A stretch of 64,000 nt of DNA from Felis catus (GCF_018350175.1 NC_058383.1:6140001-6204000); one strand, 5' to 3'; positions 12,597 to 25,583 are shown, numbered from the stretch's first letter. Program-made: numbers and translations. The notes: generated by a model from the letters alone, not told the origin.

Positions 12597-13462
12597 GTGA
12601 GATTTCTCCGGATGGCGACATGGCTCACTGCCACGGTTCTTTAATTCCAAGTGAAAATATGCTTACTGTCGTCTTTCATAAGACACGAAAATTTTGAGTG
12701 ATAAAAGTTTTGGTAAAGTGGTACGCGTTTTTGACTTTTTGAACTTGTGTTTCCGTCATGATGTTAATGGTTGTTTCAGTTCCTTGTTCTGTAAAGATGA
12801 GCTGATAACCACGGGTTTGGGGGTCTTGTGAATTTAGAGCTCCTGTTACATGTTCCTGTGCTCACTCCCAGCTGTGGGATATCCAAGCCTCTCCACCTTC
12901 AGGCCCCTGCTCTCGCTGTGCCTCTCAGCCCGAGTGCTGGAACGTGTTCTCCCCTCGTTCCCTTCCCCTCCCTGTCAGCCTTAACCACCGAGTATGTGAA
13001 CCGTGCATATCCATCTTGCGAGGCCCCCTTGAAGCTTTTCCCCAAATGTAACAGCATTCCTCTTAAGACCTTTGTCACTTTACTCTCTTGACTGTAACCC
13101 ATCTGGCTCTGAGTCATTGGAAGGCAGGACCTGAGATTAATCAGCCGTAACAAGCCCCGGTGGCCCTTTCTGGGGTCTTTTATGGAGCCCCTGGTCCCCT
13201 GATGCAGTGTGCTGGCTGCGTCGATCAGTCTGGCGTTGGCTGTTTGCGTGCACGTTATGGCTGCTGTGCCGCGGCTTGGAGAACGGCTTGCTTTTTATGC
13301 TTTTAAATCCTTTGTGTTAATCTGAACTGGTTGGTGCTGTGTTTTTGTCTGTGTAGAAATCAAACTTTTGGGTCTTAGTAATTATCGTAGGCTTTGATTA
13401 ATATTAACATAACCTAAAGAGTTAAGAGTTAATATTGTAAATTCTATTCATTCCTCATTCAG

Positions 13463-13559
13463 GCAACATAAGCTTTACAACAAGGAGTTGTATGCTGATT
13501 TTATTGCTGCTCAGATCAAAACATTGTCATTTTTAGCCTATATCATCAGAATTTATCAG
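13463..13559 (+). CDS. TRRAP: TRRAP exon ~11
   Basis: tcag|...|gtaagt; QHKLYNKELYADF...IRIYQ. Confidence 0.96.
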
Positions 13560-13574
13560 GTAAGTTCACTGACT

Positions 13575-14690
13575 TTTAAGGCAGGCTTACTGAGATCTAA
13601 TTTACACACAGTAAAATTCACCTTTTGTAGGTATACAGTTCTTTGAATTGACAAATTCATGCAGTTGGTAACCACCAACACACCAGAATCTAGGACATTC
13701 CCACCACCCCCAAAATTCCCTTTTATATGTTGTCCATTTCCTCCTCGGTCCCTGGCAAACACTGACTTTGTGGCCCCTAGTTTTGCCTTTTCCATAATGT
13801 CAAAAAAACGGATCCTGTGGTGGGTAGTGTGGGTAACCTTTTGGGTGTCGCTTCTTTGACTTGGCAGTAGTGCGGAGGTTCTTCCTTGTTATTTTATTTT
13901 TATCGGTGGATAGTCGTCTTAGTCTGCTTAGGCTTCCCTAACAAAATACCGTAGACTGGGTGGCTCGACCAACAAAAATCGGTTTTCTCACAGTTCTGCA
14001 GGTTGGGAAGGCCAAGATCAAGGTTCTGGCTGGGTTCAGTTTCTGGTGAGGACTCTTCCTGGGTTACGGATCACTGCCTTCTTGCTGTGTCCTTGCCCGG
14101 GGCGGGGAGTGGTAGTGAGAGATTGCTTTTTCTCTTCTAAGGCCACAGTCCTATTGGATTAAGGCCTCATTCTCAAGATCCCATTTAATCTCAATTACCT
14201 TCAAAAGACTCTGGTTTCCAGGTCCAGTCACAGTGAGGGTGAGGGCTTCAGCCTGAATTTGGGGGGTCACAGTGTGGTCTATAGCCACAAGGTATGGATG
14301 CACCAGGCTGTGTTTATCCATTCCACACTTGCTAACCATTTGGGTTGTTTCTGATTTTTTTTAAAGCAACTTTATCAAGATATAATTCACATATCCTAAA
14401 ATTCACCTTTTTAAAGTGTATAGTTAAGTGCTTTTAGTGTATTCATAGAGATTTATACAGTCACCGCCACTATCCAATTTTAGAACTGTTTCTTCACCCT
14501 CTGAAGAATTCCCATACTGATCGGCAGCGGTGTGATTCGTTCTAGGCCCCTAGCCCTGGCTACCACTGATGTCCTTTCTGTCACTAGACACGCTGATTTC
14601 ATTTCTGGCCATTGTTGATAAGGCCGATATAAATAAATAGTGGTGCACAGGTTTTTGGGGGGATGGATTTGGTGCATTGAGTTTTGCTGT
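13575..14690 (-). mobile_element. Old L1 (L1M-type) 3'-end fragments, interrupted by an MLT1 LTR
   Basis: Typical antisense L1 3' UTR text (gagatctaatttacac...aaaattcacc; caactttatcaagatataattcacatat...aaaattcacc); boundaries approximate. Confidence 0.7.
13914..14285 (-). mobile_element. MLT1-family MaLR solo LTR
   Basis: gtcttagtctgcttaggct...aacaaaataccgtagactgggtggct...tctcacagttctg...aagatcaagg...tctggtgaggactcttcctgg, characteristic of MLT1. Confidence 0.8.
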
Positions 14691-15156
14691 TGGAAGTTGG
14701 TGTGACAGCAAGTTATGAGGAGAGATTGGAACTTTAAAATAAAAAATGGCATCCTTAATTAACCGGTGAGAGAGGGCGATTATGTCTCTGTTTTTCCCCC
14801 ACTTGTAGTTGTAGTCTGTCCTTATTTCAGTCTTGAAGAACTTGAAAGAGAGAAACGACACCTTATTTCCCATCAGTCATACCACGTTTTTGAATAACAG
14901 TCTTGTGTAGCTGTAGTTATTGTAAAGTGTGGCATGAATTTAGTCCTGATCTATCCTGTAGCAATGAATTATAATTTTTTTAAGGGAGAGACTTTATTAT
15001 TTTCAGGAAAAGTGAAAATGGAAACATGTATGCCAATTGTTTACAGTAAAAACTACCTTTGAAAGCATTATTATTTTTGTCCTTTCTTAAGTGCATTTGT
15101 CTCAGTGACACCGTATACTAAGAAAATGTATGTTTGGTTTCAAAAATCTGAATTAG

Positions 15157-15595
15157 TGGTGGCTCAGTCAGTTGAGCATCTGACTTTGGCTCAGGTCACG
15201 ATCTCATCATAGTTCATGAGTTCGAGCCCTGTGTCGGGCTCTGTGCTGACAGCTCAGAGCCTGGAGCCTGCTTTGCATTCTGTGTCTCCCTCCGTCTCTG
15301 CCCCTCCTTTGCCCGCGTGCTCGCTTGCTCTCTCTTTCTTTCTCTCACAAAAATAAATAAACATTGGGGCACCTGGGTGGCTCAGTCAGTTAAGTGTCTG
15401 ACTTTGGCTCAGGTCATGATCTCACGGTTTGTGAGTTTGAGCCCTGCGTCAGGCTCTGTGCTGTCAGCTCAGAGCCTGGAACCTGCTTTGGATTCTGTCT
15501 CTCTCTCTCTCTCTTTCTGTTCCTCCCCCACTTGCTCTCTGTGTCTCTCTCAAAAATAAACATTAAAAAAAATAAAAAATAAACATTAAAAAAAT
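15157..15595 (+). mobile_element. Two tandem Can-SINEs (about 15157-15363, 15366-15595)
   Basis: SINE bodies; the pair is flanked by the TSD aatctgaattag. Confidence 0.92.
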
Positions 15596-15630
15596 TTTTT
15601 TAATCTGAATTAGGTACTCCTGGATACTTT

Positions 15631-15847
15631 ATTAAAAAAAAATTTTTTTTAATGTTTATTTTTGAGAGAGGGAGAGAGAGCATGAGCGGGGAAGGAGCAG
15701 AGAGAGAGAAGGAGACACAGAATCCGAAACAGGCTCCAGGCTCTGAGCTGTTAGCACAGAGCCCAACGCGGGGCTTGAACTCAGAGACCGTGAGATCATG
15801 ACCTGAGCCGAAGCCGGACGCTCAACCAACTGAGCCACCTGGGCTCC
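15631..15847 (-). mobile_element. Can-SINE
   Basis: Antisense body; TSD actcctggata. Confidence 0.92.
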
Positions 15848-16336
15848 TGACTCCTGGATATTTTAATCAGCTTGAGCTGCCTTGGTGAATTGCCTTCTTA
15901 ACATGCCTCAAAAGGAAACTGATTAGAGCTTATTCTGAGTTGATGAAAGGTGTCTCTGGTGTCATTCACAACTTAACGGGATGACGGAGTGGATGATGTC
16001 TTAGGAAATTTTCAATATTTACTTCTGCTTTCTTACCACTGATGAAGTGATTCAGGTGCATTGTTAAAAGTTGGGAAAATACAGAACAGTACAAAGAAGT
16101 TGTCTGTGATTCCATTATATAAAAGAAACCGCTACTTAACATTTCTGTACATCCTTCCACTGTGGCAGCGTTCATGGAAACTACTAAAACTTTCTGGATA
16201 ATACTTGCTTATTAGGATGACCACTTTATGAGGGTCCCTTGAACGAAGCATAGTCTTTCTGAACTCTTTTGAAGTTTATAAAATGGGGGTTTTTCTTACT
16301 ACCTATCTGTAACTGTTGCTTTCCTCCTTTTTATAG

Positions 16337-16475
16337 GAGTTGGTGACTAAGTACTCTCAGCAGATGGTAAAAGGAATGTTACAGTTACTTTCAAATTGCC
16401 CAGCAGAGACTGCACACCTCAGAAAGGAACTTCTCATCGCTGCAAAGCATATCCTCACCACAGAGCTAAGAAACC
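16337..16475 (+). CDS. TRRAP: TRRAP exon ~12
   Basis: atag|...|gtatgt; ELVTKYSQQMVK...TELRN(Q). Confidence 0.96.
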
Positions 16476-16986
16476 GTATGTCCATCTTGTCTCGGGATGT
16501 TTGTGCGGCCATGCTGGCGTGGTCCTGTCACCATCTTTGGGGTGGGGCCGCGGGTCTTTAGTTCCTTCAGATGTTTTAGGCTCCATGTGTCCTTCTTTCT
16601 GTATTGCTGTGTTGTGTTTACTTTTCCCCTTCCTTTCTCTGCCTCTTGCCTCCTCCCTCTTGGGCTGCCTCTCTTTGCCTGCCACCAGGTTTCTCTGTGC
16701 TGTCCGAACAGTCTCGTAATTAGCGTGGTCGTTCCCTTAGCATAGCGTATGTCCTCAGCATCTCATGGTATTTCTCTGCCTTTTGGGTGCATATGTTTTG
16801 AAATGGCAAGTAGCTGTTTGCTTGTTGATTCATAGCCAGTAACCCTTGAATGGTGAGAAGAAAACTGTTTTCTTCCTCCGTGCTGTGAAACAGCTTGGGG
16901 GATTGGTCCTGTTTTGATGCATAAGACTGATAATTGCTTTTGGCCAATCTGATGATTATATTTTTTCTGTCAGTTATTGATACATA

Positions 16987-17159
16987 TTTTTTTTAATGTT
17001 TATTCATTTTTGAGGAGGGAGGCAGAGAGAGAGGGAGATACAGAATCTGAAGTAGGCTCCGGGCTCTGAGCCCAATGTGGGGCTCGAACCCACGAATCGC
17101 AGGATCATGACCTGAGCCAAAGTCCAGACCCTTAACCAACTGAGCCACCCAGGTGCCCC
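16987..17159 (-). mobile_element. Can-SINE with internal deletion
   Basis: Antisense head and tail; TSD atacata. Confidence 0.88.
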
Positions 17160-19241
17160 AATACATAATTTTAAAATATTTTTGTATTTGCTGTGTCCAA
17201 ATTCCATCCTAAATGTTTTGAGGGGGATAATCTTTTCCCCCAGTAATTGTTCATTATTAAGTGGGGTTTTTTTGCCTCTGGTTTGTAAGTCAGAACATGC
17301 ATAAAACTAAGATTGGGCTTCTTTACATAATTCTTAAACATGAAGGGAAAGATACAGTTTGCGTGCTTACACGTGAGCTAATATGATAAAGCTCAAATGT
17401 TTTTATGTTATTAAAATACAAGTTATGCATGTAGATATAGCTGAGTAGAATATAGATATTTTTAAAACCCTTTGTGTGTGAAATGTAACGTAGCAAAGTG
17501 CACAAAAGAACTGTATGATTTTGCCAAAAATTACAGAACCGATGTGCGTGAACATCACCCAGGATGAGAAATTCAGCGTCACCAGCACGCAAAGCCCCCA
17601 CGTGCCTCCAGGGCTGAGGGCCATTGCGACTTGTCCAGTCATGGCTCCCTTGGCTGTATGTGCTTTTTCTCCGTGTTCATCTCTGAACACTGTTGAAATA
17701 GAAGAATTTTACACGGAACACTTTAAAATCTCTCCACTGCGGTTCTCAGTAACTGTTGGCATTCCTGCCATTTCGAGTGAGGAGGATCTGGGGGTGTCTT
17801 TGGGGAGCTGTGTAGCAGGTTTCTACTTGTGGAAACGCTGACAGAGCGCTTCTTGGACAGCCTGTGTTCCGTCCCCCACAGCCCAGCCGTGTGAAGCCAC
17901 GCGGCTCGGGTTTGGTCTTCAGGCTGTGCCGCCAAGACGGGTGCATTTCTGAGCTGCTGCTCTTGGGGTTTGACCACATCAGTCGTGTTGAATACAGCTT
18001 TTACACCTCCCTTGCACCCCCCCCCCCGCCGCGCCCCCCTGCCTTTTAAGTCTTTCTACTGATGGGCTTGATTTTTTTTTTTTAACGAGCTGTTTTAGGA
18101 TACTTATTTCGAAAGTATCTTAGGTAACAACATCACAACTTACAAAGGTGTCTATTTAAAAGACATACTTAATCACATTCGATATTAGTGGTATTATATA
18201 TTAGTATAAAATACAAAAAATGTGTATATATATGTAAAATTTACACGTCCATCAACATTTTAAGGTATCTGAAACGATACTAAATAAATAGTAACCCCTT
18301 TGCACGAATTCTGAAGAGCAGTAGTTTGAGAAAACCTGGCTGTTTCACAAAGTTACCCATTTTCTTAGAGATTCTGATTCTGGGTCACGGAGGGAATCTG
18401 GGAACTCGTGCCTGCGCCTTAATTTCTTACCACTTCCTCCTCCCACTCTTTGCTCGTCCGTAGCCAGCCCGCCAGTGTTTGGCGCTTGAGTCCTTTGCAT
18501 CTTTCCTTCTGTGCCTCTTTCCTGTTGACTACCTCTGAGGACATTCCAGGCATGTCCCCTTCTCTGACTTCAGAGGGGCAGTTTGTCGCTGCTTTCATTT
18601 GGTACTTGTCCCTGTGCTGCCTGGCTTTGGGAATTAGCCAGAGATGTGCTCTGTGCCTCTCTGCGTCTGTTGTGTCTTTGACCCTTAGTAGCTATTAGCT
18701 GGCGAAGGATGTATTTTATTTGACTTATCAAAGATGGCCATGGTGTCAGACTTGTTCTAGAATCTAAACGTTTTCTGGATGTTTGTGGCCAGAGCTCCCG
18801 GCAGCGGGGCGGGGGGTGTGTGTATGGCAGAGAGACCTAAAAAATGTGGGTTGCTGCCCTCTGTGCACATCCTCAGAAATGTGAGTTGTCCCTGAGTGAA
18901 GACGAGCTGTTTCTACTCTGGTTGGCTCTACAGGCCCACAGGAGAGCAGGGAGGGGGTTTGGTGAGGATTCCACCTGTAGGATTAGAGACAGAACCCTGG
19001 TGAGCCTCACTCATCCAGGGAGTTGGGACCTATGTCTACCAGAACCCTGCAAAATTTCTAGACTTTGGTTCTTTATGTGGAGAAATACCCTTCTTTCTCC
19101 GTATTCCTCCGTAACGAGTAAGCATAAAATGTTTAAGAAGGGGAGGACTCCAGGGCAGTGAATAAAGGGGCATTTAGAGGGTACTGCCCCTCTTCTCCAG
19201 GCAGGTGTGGGCCAATAGTGGCAGCTCTTTTTTTCCCCCTA

Positions 19242-19336
19242 AGATTTTTAAGTAACCGCTATACCCAGTGTGGGGCTTGACTCAACCCCAAGATTGAGAG
19301 TCACGTGCTCTTCCGGCTCAGCCCACCAGGCGCCTC
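19242..19336 (-). mobile_element. Short/old Can-SINE
   Basis: tatacccagtgtggggcttga...gagagtcacgtgctct...ccaggcgcc. Confidence 0.75.
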
Positions 19337-19625
19337 GATGGCAGCAGCTTCTGAGGAGGATGGGGCGGGCCTGCAGTGAAGCGCTGGGGCAGGTTCTCTG
19401 CCAGGGTCTGGTTTGTCCCCTGATTCTGCATGTGATCCCAACTGTGTCTTTGACAGCACACGGCCCAGCAAAGCCGGGGTCTTTGAAATACGTCGCGTGT
19501 GATTTTCTCCTGCCCACACGTCTCCCAGTCTAGATGGCTTGTTGACAGCAGGCTGGCTACCGTGAGGAAGCCTGCTGTGTCATGGGTGTAATTGGTGACG
19601 TGTGCACCGGGTGTTTGTGTTCTAG

Positions 19626-19704
19626 AGTTCATCCCTTGCATGGACAAGCTCTTTGATGAATCCATACTGATTGGATCAGGATATACTGCTCGGGAGACTC
19701 TCAG
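19626..19704 (+). CDS. TRRAP: TRRAP exon ~13
   Basis: ctag|...|gtacga; (Q)FIPCMDKLFDES...RETL(R). Confidence 0.95.
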
Positions 19705-20348
19705 GTACGATATTCAGCCCATGAGATCTGTTGGCTAAATCGGGGGGTTGGGGTGATGGACCCTGGCCCTTCATGTGTGAGCCTTTCAACAGACACTCTC
19801 CACAGACCTTTACTCTCCCGTGGGGATTTAGAATTGCGGGGAAATTTGGAAATGCTTTAGGTTGGTTTTTGTGTGTTGGCTTAAAGGGAAGATTCAGAGT
19901 AGTTTTCTTGATGTCAGTTGTAGGCACAACTTGATCTGACTCGTATTGGTTTTTTGTTGGGGTTTTGTTTTGTTTGCTATTAAAGTGCATCTCTTTATTA
20001 TAAAAGAATGTTTAAGTACCCAACGAGAAGAAAGAAGGGAAGAAAACAAACCTCTTTGTTCTACATAAGGAGTTCAAGTAACATGGATAATATTTTGGTG
20101 CATTTCCTTCTAGTCTTTGTTTTTTATTCATTTCATAAAACAAATGTGGTTGTGACCATGTTTCTTTCTAAAGGAGAAAATTAACAGTTTATCGTTTTTT
20201 ACAGTGTAAAATGAGTCAACATTAGTAATTTTTTGGTTCTAATTTGGGAGCTGTGATAGATCTTTTGAAAAATAGGAAGAATACTTTGAATACGATGTAG
20301 ACTATTCACTGTGATGGCCATGTAAAATTGTTACAAATACGAAGACAC

Positions 20349-20564
20349 TTTTTTTTATTTTTATTTTTTTAATGTTTATTTTTGAGACGGAGACAGAGTG
20401 CGAGTGGGGGAGGGGCAGAGAGAGAGGGAGACACAGAATCTGAAACAGGCTCCAGACTCTGAGCCGTCAGCACAGAGCCCGACGCGGGGCTCGACTCACG
20501 AACCATGAGATCGTGACCTGAGCCAAAGTCGGACACTTAACTGACTGAGCCACTCAGGCGCCCC
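20349..20564 (-). mobile_element. Can-SINE
   Basis: Antisense body; TSD aatac[g/a]aagacacttttt. Confidence 0.93.
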
Positions 20565-20779
20565 AATACAAAGACACTTTTTATGTAGCTTGGGGTTGAA
20601 CCAGCCTGCAACTGGGCATCAGATGGTGTCACTCCTAGAAGACCTAGAAAGCGTGCCCCAGGTGCACCGCCCCTGTGCTGTGTTCCTGGGGCAGGTAGTG
20701 GGAGAAGTGGTGGCCCGCAGACAACGGCCCTGCGGGCATGTTGGGACAGACGCTCACTAGCGGGGGTCTCTGCCCACAG

Positions 20780-21014
20780 GCCCCTCGCCTACAGCACGTT
20801 GGCCGACCTCGTGCACCACGTCCGTCAGCACCTGCCCCTCAGCGACCTCTCCCTCGCCGTCCAGCTCTTTGCCAAGAACATCGATGACGAGTCCCTGCCC
20901 AGCAGCATCCAGACCATGTCCTGCAAGCTGCTGCTGAACCTGGTGGACTGCATCCGTTCCAAGAGCGAGCAGGAGAGCGGCAATGGGAGGGACGTCCTGA
21001 TGCGGATGCTGGAG
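20780..21014 (+). CDS. TRRAP: TRRAP exon ~14
   Basis: acag|...|gtacca; PLAYSTLADLVHH...MRMLE. Confidence 0.96.
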
Positions 21015-21129
21015 GTACCAGCCCTCCTGGGAGGTGTGGGCGTCCTGCGTGCTTTCATCCCGATGCCCACTTCTGGGCTCGTACCGGTGGTTTACTGACC
21101 AGGTCGTGCAGCCTTCCGATTGCCGAGCT

Positions 21130-21320
21130 TAATCCCAGGTGTCAGACTGCCTGGGTTCAAATCCCCCGCTAGCCAGGTGCCCTTGGACAAGATGCTTAAC
21201 ATCTCTGTGCCAGCCTGCTCCTAGCCAGGGATACAGTCAGTGTCTGCCTCCCGGGATTGTCGTGAGCGCTAAGTAAATGATACGTGGACGCTCCCCACAC
21301 TGTTCCTGGCAAGTATTTCA
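21130..21320 (+). mobile_element. MIR relic
   Basis: gtcagactgcctgggttcaaatccc...ccttggacaagatgcttaacatctctgtgcc. Confidence 0.7.
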
Positions 21321-21692
21321 GGGACACTGTGTGGTTCCTGGCGAGTACCTAGAAGAGGGATTACAGGCACACTGTATAGCCAGGGGAGGCACCCGGTTGT
21401 GTGCGTGGGGACAGAGTACAGTGTGATTGCTGAGGCCAGCAGCCGATAGTGTGGGTCTGGAGTAGTCTGGGCCACACGTCCAGGCTTCTGCGACAAGTCC
21501 CCCAGCTTTTCTGAGCCAGATTCCTCACAGTGACAGTGGAGGTAGGGACGCCACTGTAGTTCTCCTTGGGGAGGATGGCACACTTCTCTTCAGCAAGTGG
21601 CTTCAGAGAGCTTCTCCTGTCTCCTGGAAGGGCTGCCAGCCTGTGGAAGAAGAATGATTTTTGTCTTTCTCTCCCCTTTCTCTTTCTGCTAG

Positions 21693-22053
21693 GTCTTTGT
21701 CCTCAAATTCCACACCATTGCCCGGTACCAGCTCTCTGCCATCTTTAAGAAGTGCAAGCCTCAGTCAGAACTCGGAGCGGTGGAGGCAGCCCTGCCCGGG
21801 GTGCCCGCTGCCCCTGCGGCCCCGGGCCCCGCCCCCTCCCCTGCGCCTGTCCCCACCCCCGCCCCGCCCCCACCCCCGACCCCAGCCACCCCCGTGACCC
21901 CGGCCCCTGTGCCTCCGTTTGAAAAGCAAGGAGAAAAGGATAAAGAGGACAAGCAGACATTCCAGGTCACAGATTGCCGAAGTTTGGTCAAAACCTTGGT
22001 CTGTGGCGTCAAGACCATCACGTGGGGCATAACGTCATGTAAAGCACCTGGTG
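21693..22053 (+). CDS. TRRAP: TRRAP exon ~15 (contains the proline-rich segment)
   Basis: ctag|...|gtaatt; VFVLKFHTIARYQ...SCKAPG(E). Confidence 0.95.
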
Positions 22054-22141
22054 GTAATTCCGCTCTTGAATTATTTAGATGGGATGTTTTCTGCAGAGTG
22101 GGTGTTGTTCACCTTAACTGATTATGCTCTCTCTTTTCCAG

Positions 22142-22239
22142 AAGCTCAGTTCATTCCCAACAAGCAGTTACAGCCCAAAGAGACTCAGATTTATATAAAA
22201 CTTGTGAAATATGCAATGCAGGCTTTAGATATTTATCAG
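22142..22239 (+). CDS. TRRAP: TRRAP exon ~16
   Basis: ccag|...|gtaagg; (E)AQFIPNKQ...ALDIYQ. Confidence 0.95.
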
Positions 22240-22717
22240 GTAAGGAAGTGCCCTCAAACCAGGCTCGTGAGTGTGGGAAACGCCCCTGGGATGAGGGTGC
22301 CGGTGATGTGATGGAAGGGGTCCTAAAAGGCTCGATTTACTGCAGATTGTCTGCAGTGTTCGTGTCCCCAGATTTGCTCTCGTTCTGTAGTGTAGCATTG
22401 CTTTAACGGTGAAGATTTTCCTTGTAAGTGTCAGCGTGAGCATTTGGTGGGGGAGGCAGTCTGTGTACATGGAACGCAGTGGAAGCAAGATGGAAGTTTT
22501 ACTAAATTTGTTCTCGCGTGGAACGCTTAGCAAAGCTTTTTTGCTTGTTTTAATTATTTTCCAAAACTAAGCTGAGAATAGAGAATTAAAAAGATGGGGG
22601 AACATTTATTATGTAATTCAAACGCTGTGTTTTAAACATGCAGCTGGTCCAGTTATGTTATGGAATACATTCAGAGACGCCTGGTTTTAACATCCATGGG
22701 TTTCTTCCCTGTGCTAG

Positions 22718-22912
22718 GTCCAGATAGCTGGAAATGGACAGACCTACATCCGAGTAGCAAACTGCCAGACCGTCAGAATGAAGGAGGAGAAGGAGGTGTT
22801 GGAACACTTCGCCGGCGTGTTCACAATGATGAATCCCTTAACGTTTAAAGAAATCTTTCAGACGACAGTCCCTTACATGGTGGAAAGAATCTCAAAAAAT
22901 TATGCTCTTCAG
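22718..22912 (+). CDS. TRRAP: TRRAP exon ~17
   Basis: ctag|...|gtataa; VQIAGNGQTYIR...KNYALQ. Confidence 0.96.
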
Positions 22913-23364
22913 GTATAAAACTCTGTCTTATCCTTTGAACGTTGATTTTAAAATTACTTGTTGATGTGTGGAGCGCTTGGCATTTTCTTTATTTTGAGGG
23001 TGTTCTAAATGATATGCCTAAGGATGTGCTGGTAGAAAAATTTAGAGAGATGTTAGGACATAGTATTTTTTGTTCAAAATATCAAGATGTCTTGGATCAG
23101 TTTCTTTCATTAGTAGAAATTAAATATATGTTAGATGTAGGCTCCTGGTATTTGATAGTGAAGATAAAATAATGGACGTGAGTGTTTGAAGTGAACGGCC
23201 CTACTCCGTGCTTGGCAGATTTACAAATTTTTTTCCTAGGGTGGATAATTAATTTCTTGTGCTGTCTGTTACAGATTTGATTTTGTGTTTTCGGAAAGTT
23301 CATTACTTGGTGTTAAGGCTACTTTGAGGATTGTTTTTGTCAAGCACGTTTCTCCTTTTGACAG

Positions 23365-23556
23365 ATTGTTGCCAACTCCTTCTTGGCGAACCCTACTACC
23401 TCGGCTCTGTTCGCCACAATCCTGGTGGAGTACCTCCTGGACCGCCTGCCGGAGATGGGCTCCAGCGTGGAGGTCTCCAACCTGTACCTCAAGCTGTTCA
23501 AGCTGGTCTTTGGCTCAGTCTCCCTCTTTGCAGCTGAAAACGAACAAATGCTGAAG
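23365..23556 (+). CDS. TRRAP: TRRAP exon ~18
   Basis: acag|...|gtaaag; IVANSFLANPTTS...EQMLK. Confidence 0.96.
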
Positions 23557-25417
23557 GTAAAGCTCGTGGAGCCTAGTGTACTTTGTTTTGGGGAGTTTTG
23601 GGTTGTGTTTTACTTCCTGTTCTCCATTTGCACGGAAATGGGAGGTGTTGTTTTTAGATTTGTGAAGTGCTCTTTGAGTTCATAGATATTCGGACCAGTA
23701 AGGGCCTAAATGTGAAGAACGTTTCAGAGGATTCATCCATGATTTGAAATGAAAGCTTCAGAGTGCCCGTGGCAGGCGGTGGGTTGTTGTTAGTATTGCC
23801 ACCACTAAATTTTTTTTTTTAATTCCAGTTTCTTTCTCTGGATTACACAAAATAGCACATCGTTCTTATTTTAAAAATTGAGTAATGGGAAAAAAGCAAG
23901 GGAAAAATCTCTACCAGCTTCTCTTGTCCGAAGAGAAACAGGTGGCTTTTGTAACAGTTCTGATTCTGCCAGCCGTCTTCCGCTCTAACTTTGTGTCTCT
24001 GCCGTGTTCTTATCTTCCTTGGCAGTACGGGGAACATCTCATTTCGGGACCACTTGTTTGTTTTTCCTCTTTATGAATTCTAACTAATTGGTATCCCTTA
24101 CTAGGACCGTTTCGGAGGGACATGTCTCCTAACGTAGTGGATGACCAGTGCAGTCTAATTCCATCTCTTCAGTTACTTGATTTTAGCAAACGGCTAAAAA
24201 AAACTTACCCGTGGTTACATGTCCCACTGAAAAGGCAGCAGACGGTGGCACAAAAACCTAATAAAAATTCATTTCCACTTAAGGCAAAATATTTTAATTC
24301 CTGTAGGAAGCTGAGTATTAGCAGCAGTTTTCTCTAAAGTGTGATGTCTTCCCGCGGCGGGGGAGCTTCTGAAGACACAAACAAGATCCTTTTTTTTTTT
24401 CCTCCTGGAGCAGTAAATGTACAGGCGGTGACCAGGAGCACCAGTAATCTCTGTTTTTATGTAACCGCTCCCTCAGGTTTTCTCCGTTCTGTCGCAGTCA
24501 CTTAGCAACAACCTGAGCATTACTTTTGTGTTCACCTAAAAGAAAAATACTCGTATTTTTCTAAGAACAAACGCTTAACTGTAATATGCGTCCACACAAT
24601 TTGGTGTCTTTGAAAAATTTAAATTTTGCCGATATTAGATGCACAACAACAAAACCAGAATAAAACCTGATGGTAGGATACATGCACACATACATTGTGC
24701 CACGTATGATAACAAATTGGGAACGATGTCAGTGACGCAGTTCACTGTAAACATACCTGTAGAACATTTCGTGTGCAGCTGAACCTGTTACATGTTAAAA
24801 CCAGCATTTGAAGTACAAAATAAAAAGCTAGTCTGGCTTTAAATGTTAATTAACGTTATTATAAGCTGATAGAGTACTTTTATTATTATTATTATTATTA
24901 TTAAAGAAAATTTTTTGATTAAGTCTTCCAAGATCTTACAATCTCAATTTTTGAGGCTCTTCCAGACGTTGTGTGTATCCTTTTTGATCGTGAGGTTCCA
25001 CTTCCTTTCGGTTACTTTCTGCATTTAGATTGTTCTAGGAAATGGGCATCTTCATCCTGTTTGATTATTTAGTCTTAGGAGGGAAGTGACCATATTGAGT
25101 TGCAGAGCAGAACGGACAGACCCTCTGGTTCCTGCTCCAGAGTGTTACCTTTTCAACATCGTGTCACTGCACAGTAACGTAGGAGCCTATTAAACGCTTC
25201 TTCTGCAGCCATCCTGGTGGAAACCAGCATAATATTTCAAGACAAATTAATCTGAGCCAAATAAAGGATGGAAAGGTCTTGTTTTGTTTTGCCTTTAGGA
25301 GTGAACTCGTCAGAACTACCTTCCATCCCTGTTTACAGTGAACCTTCAGCATGAGTTCTGAGGGTGTCACCCATCCTCATTTAGAGCGTGTTAACTTGCC
25401 TTTTCTCCACCGCGCAG

Positions 25418-25583
25418 CCCCACCTGCACAAGATCGTGAACAGCTCAATGGAACTTGCACAGACTGCCAAAGAGCCCTATAACTACTTCCTGCTGCTCCG
25501 GGCCCTGTTCCGCTCCATTGGGGGAGGTAGCCATGACCTCCTGTATCAGGAATTTTTGCCTCTCCTACCAAACCTCCTGCAAG
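25418..25583 (+). CDS. TRRAP: TRRAP exon ~19
   Basis: gcag|...|gtcaga; [10 protein letters not shown]...LPNLLQ(G). Confidence 0.96.
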
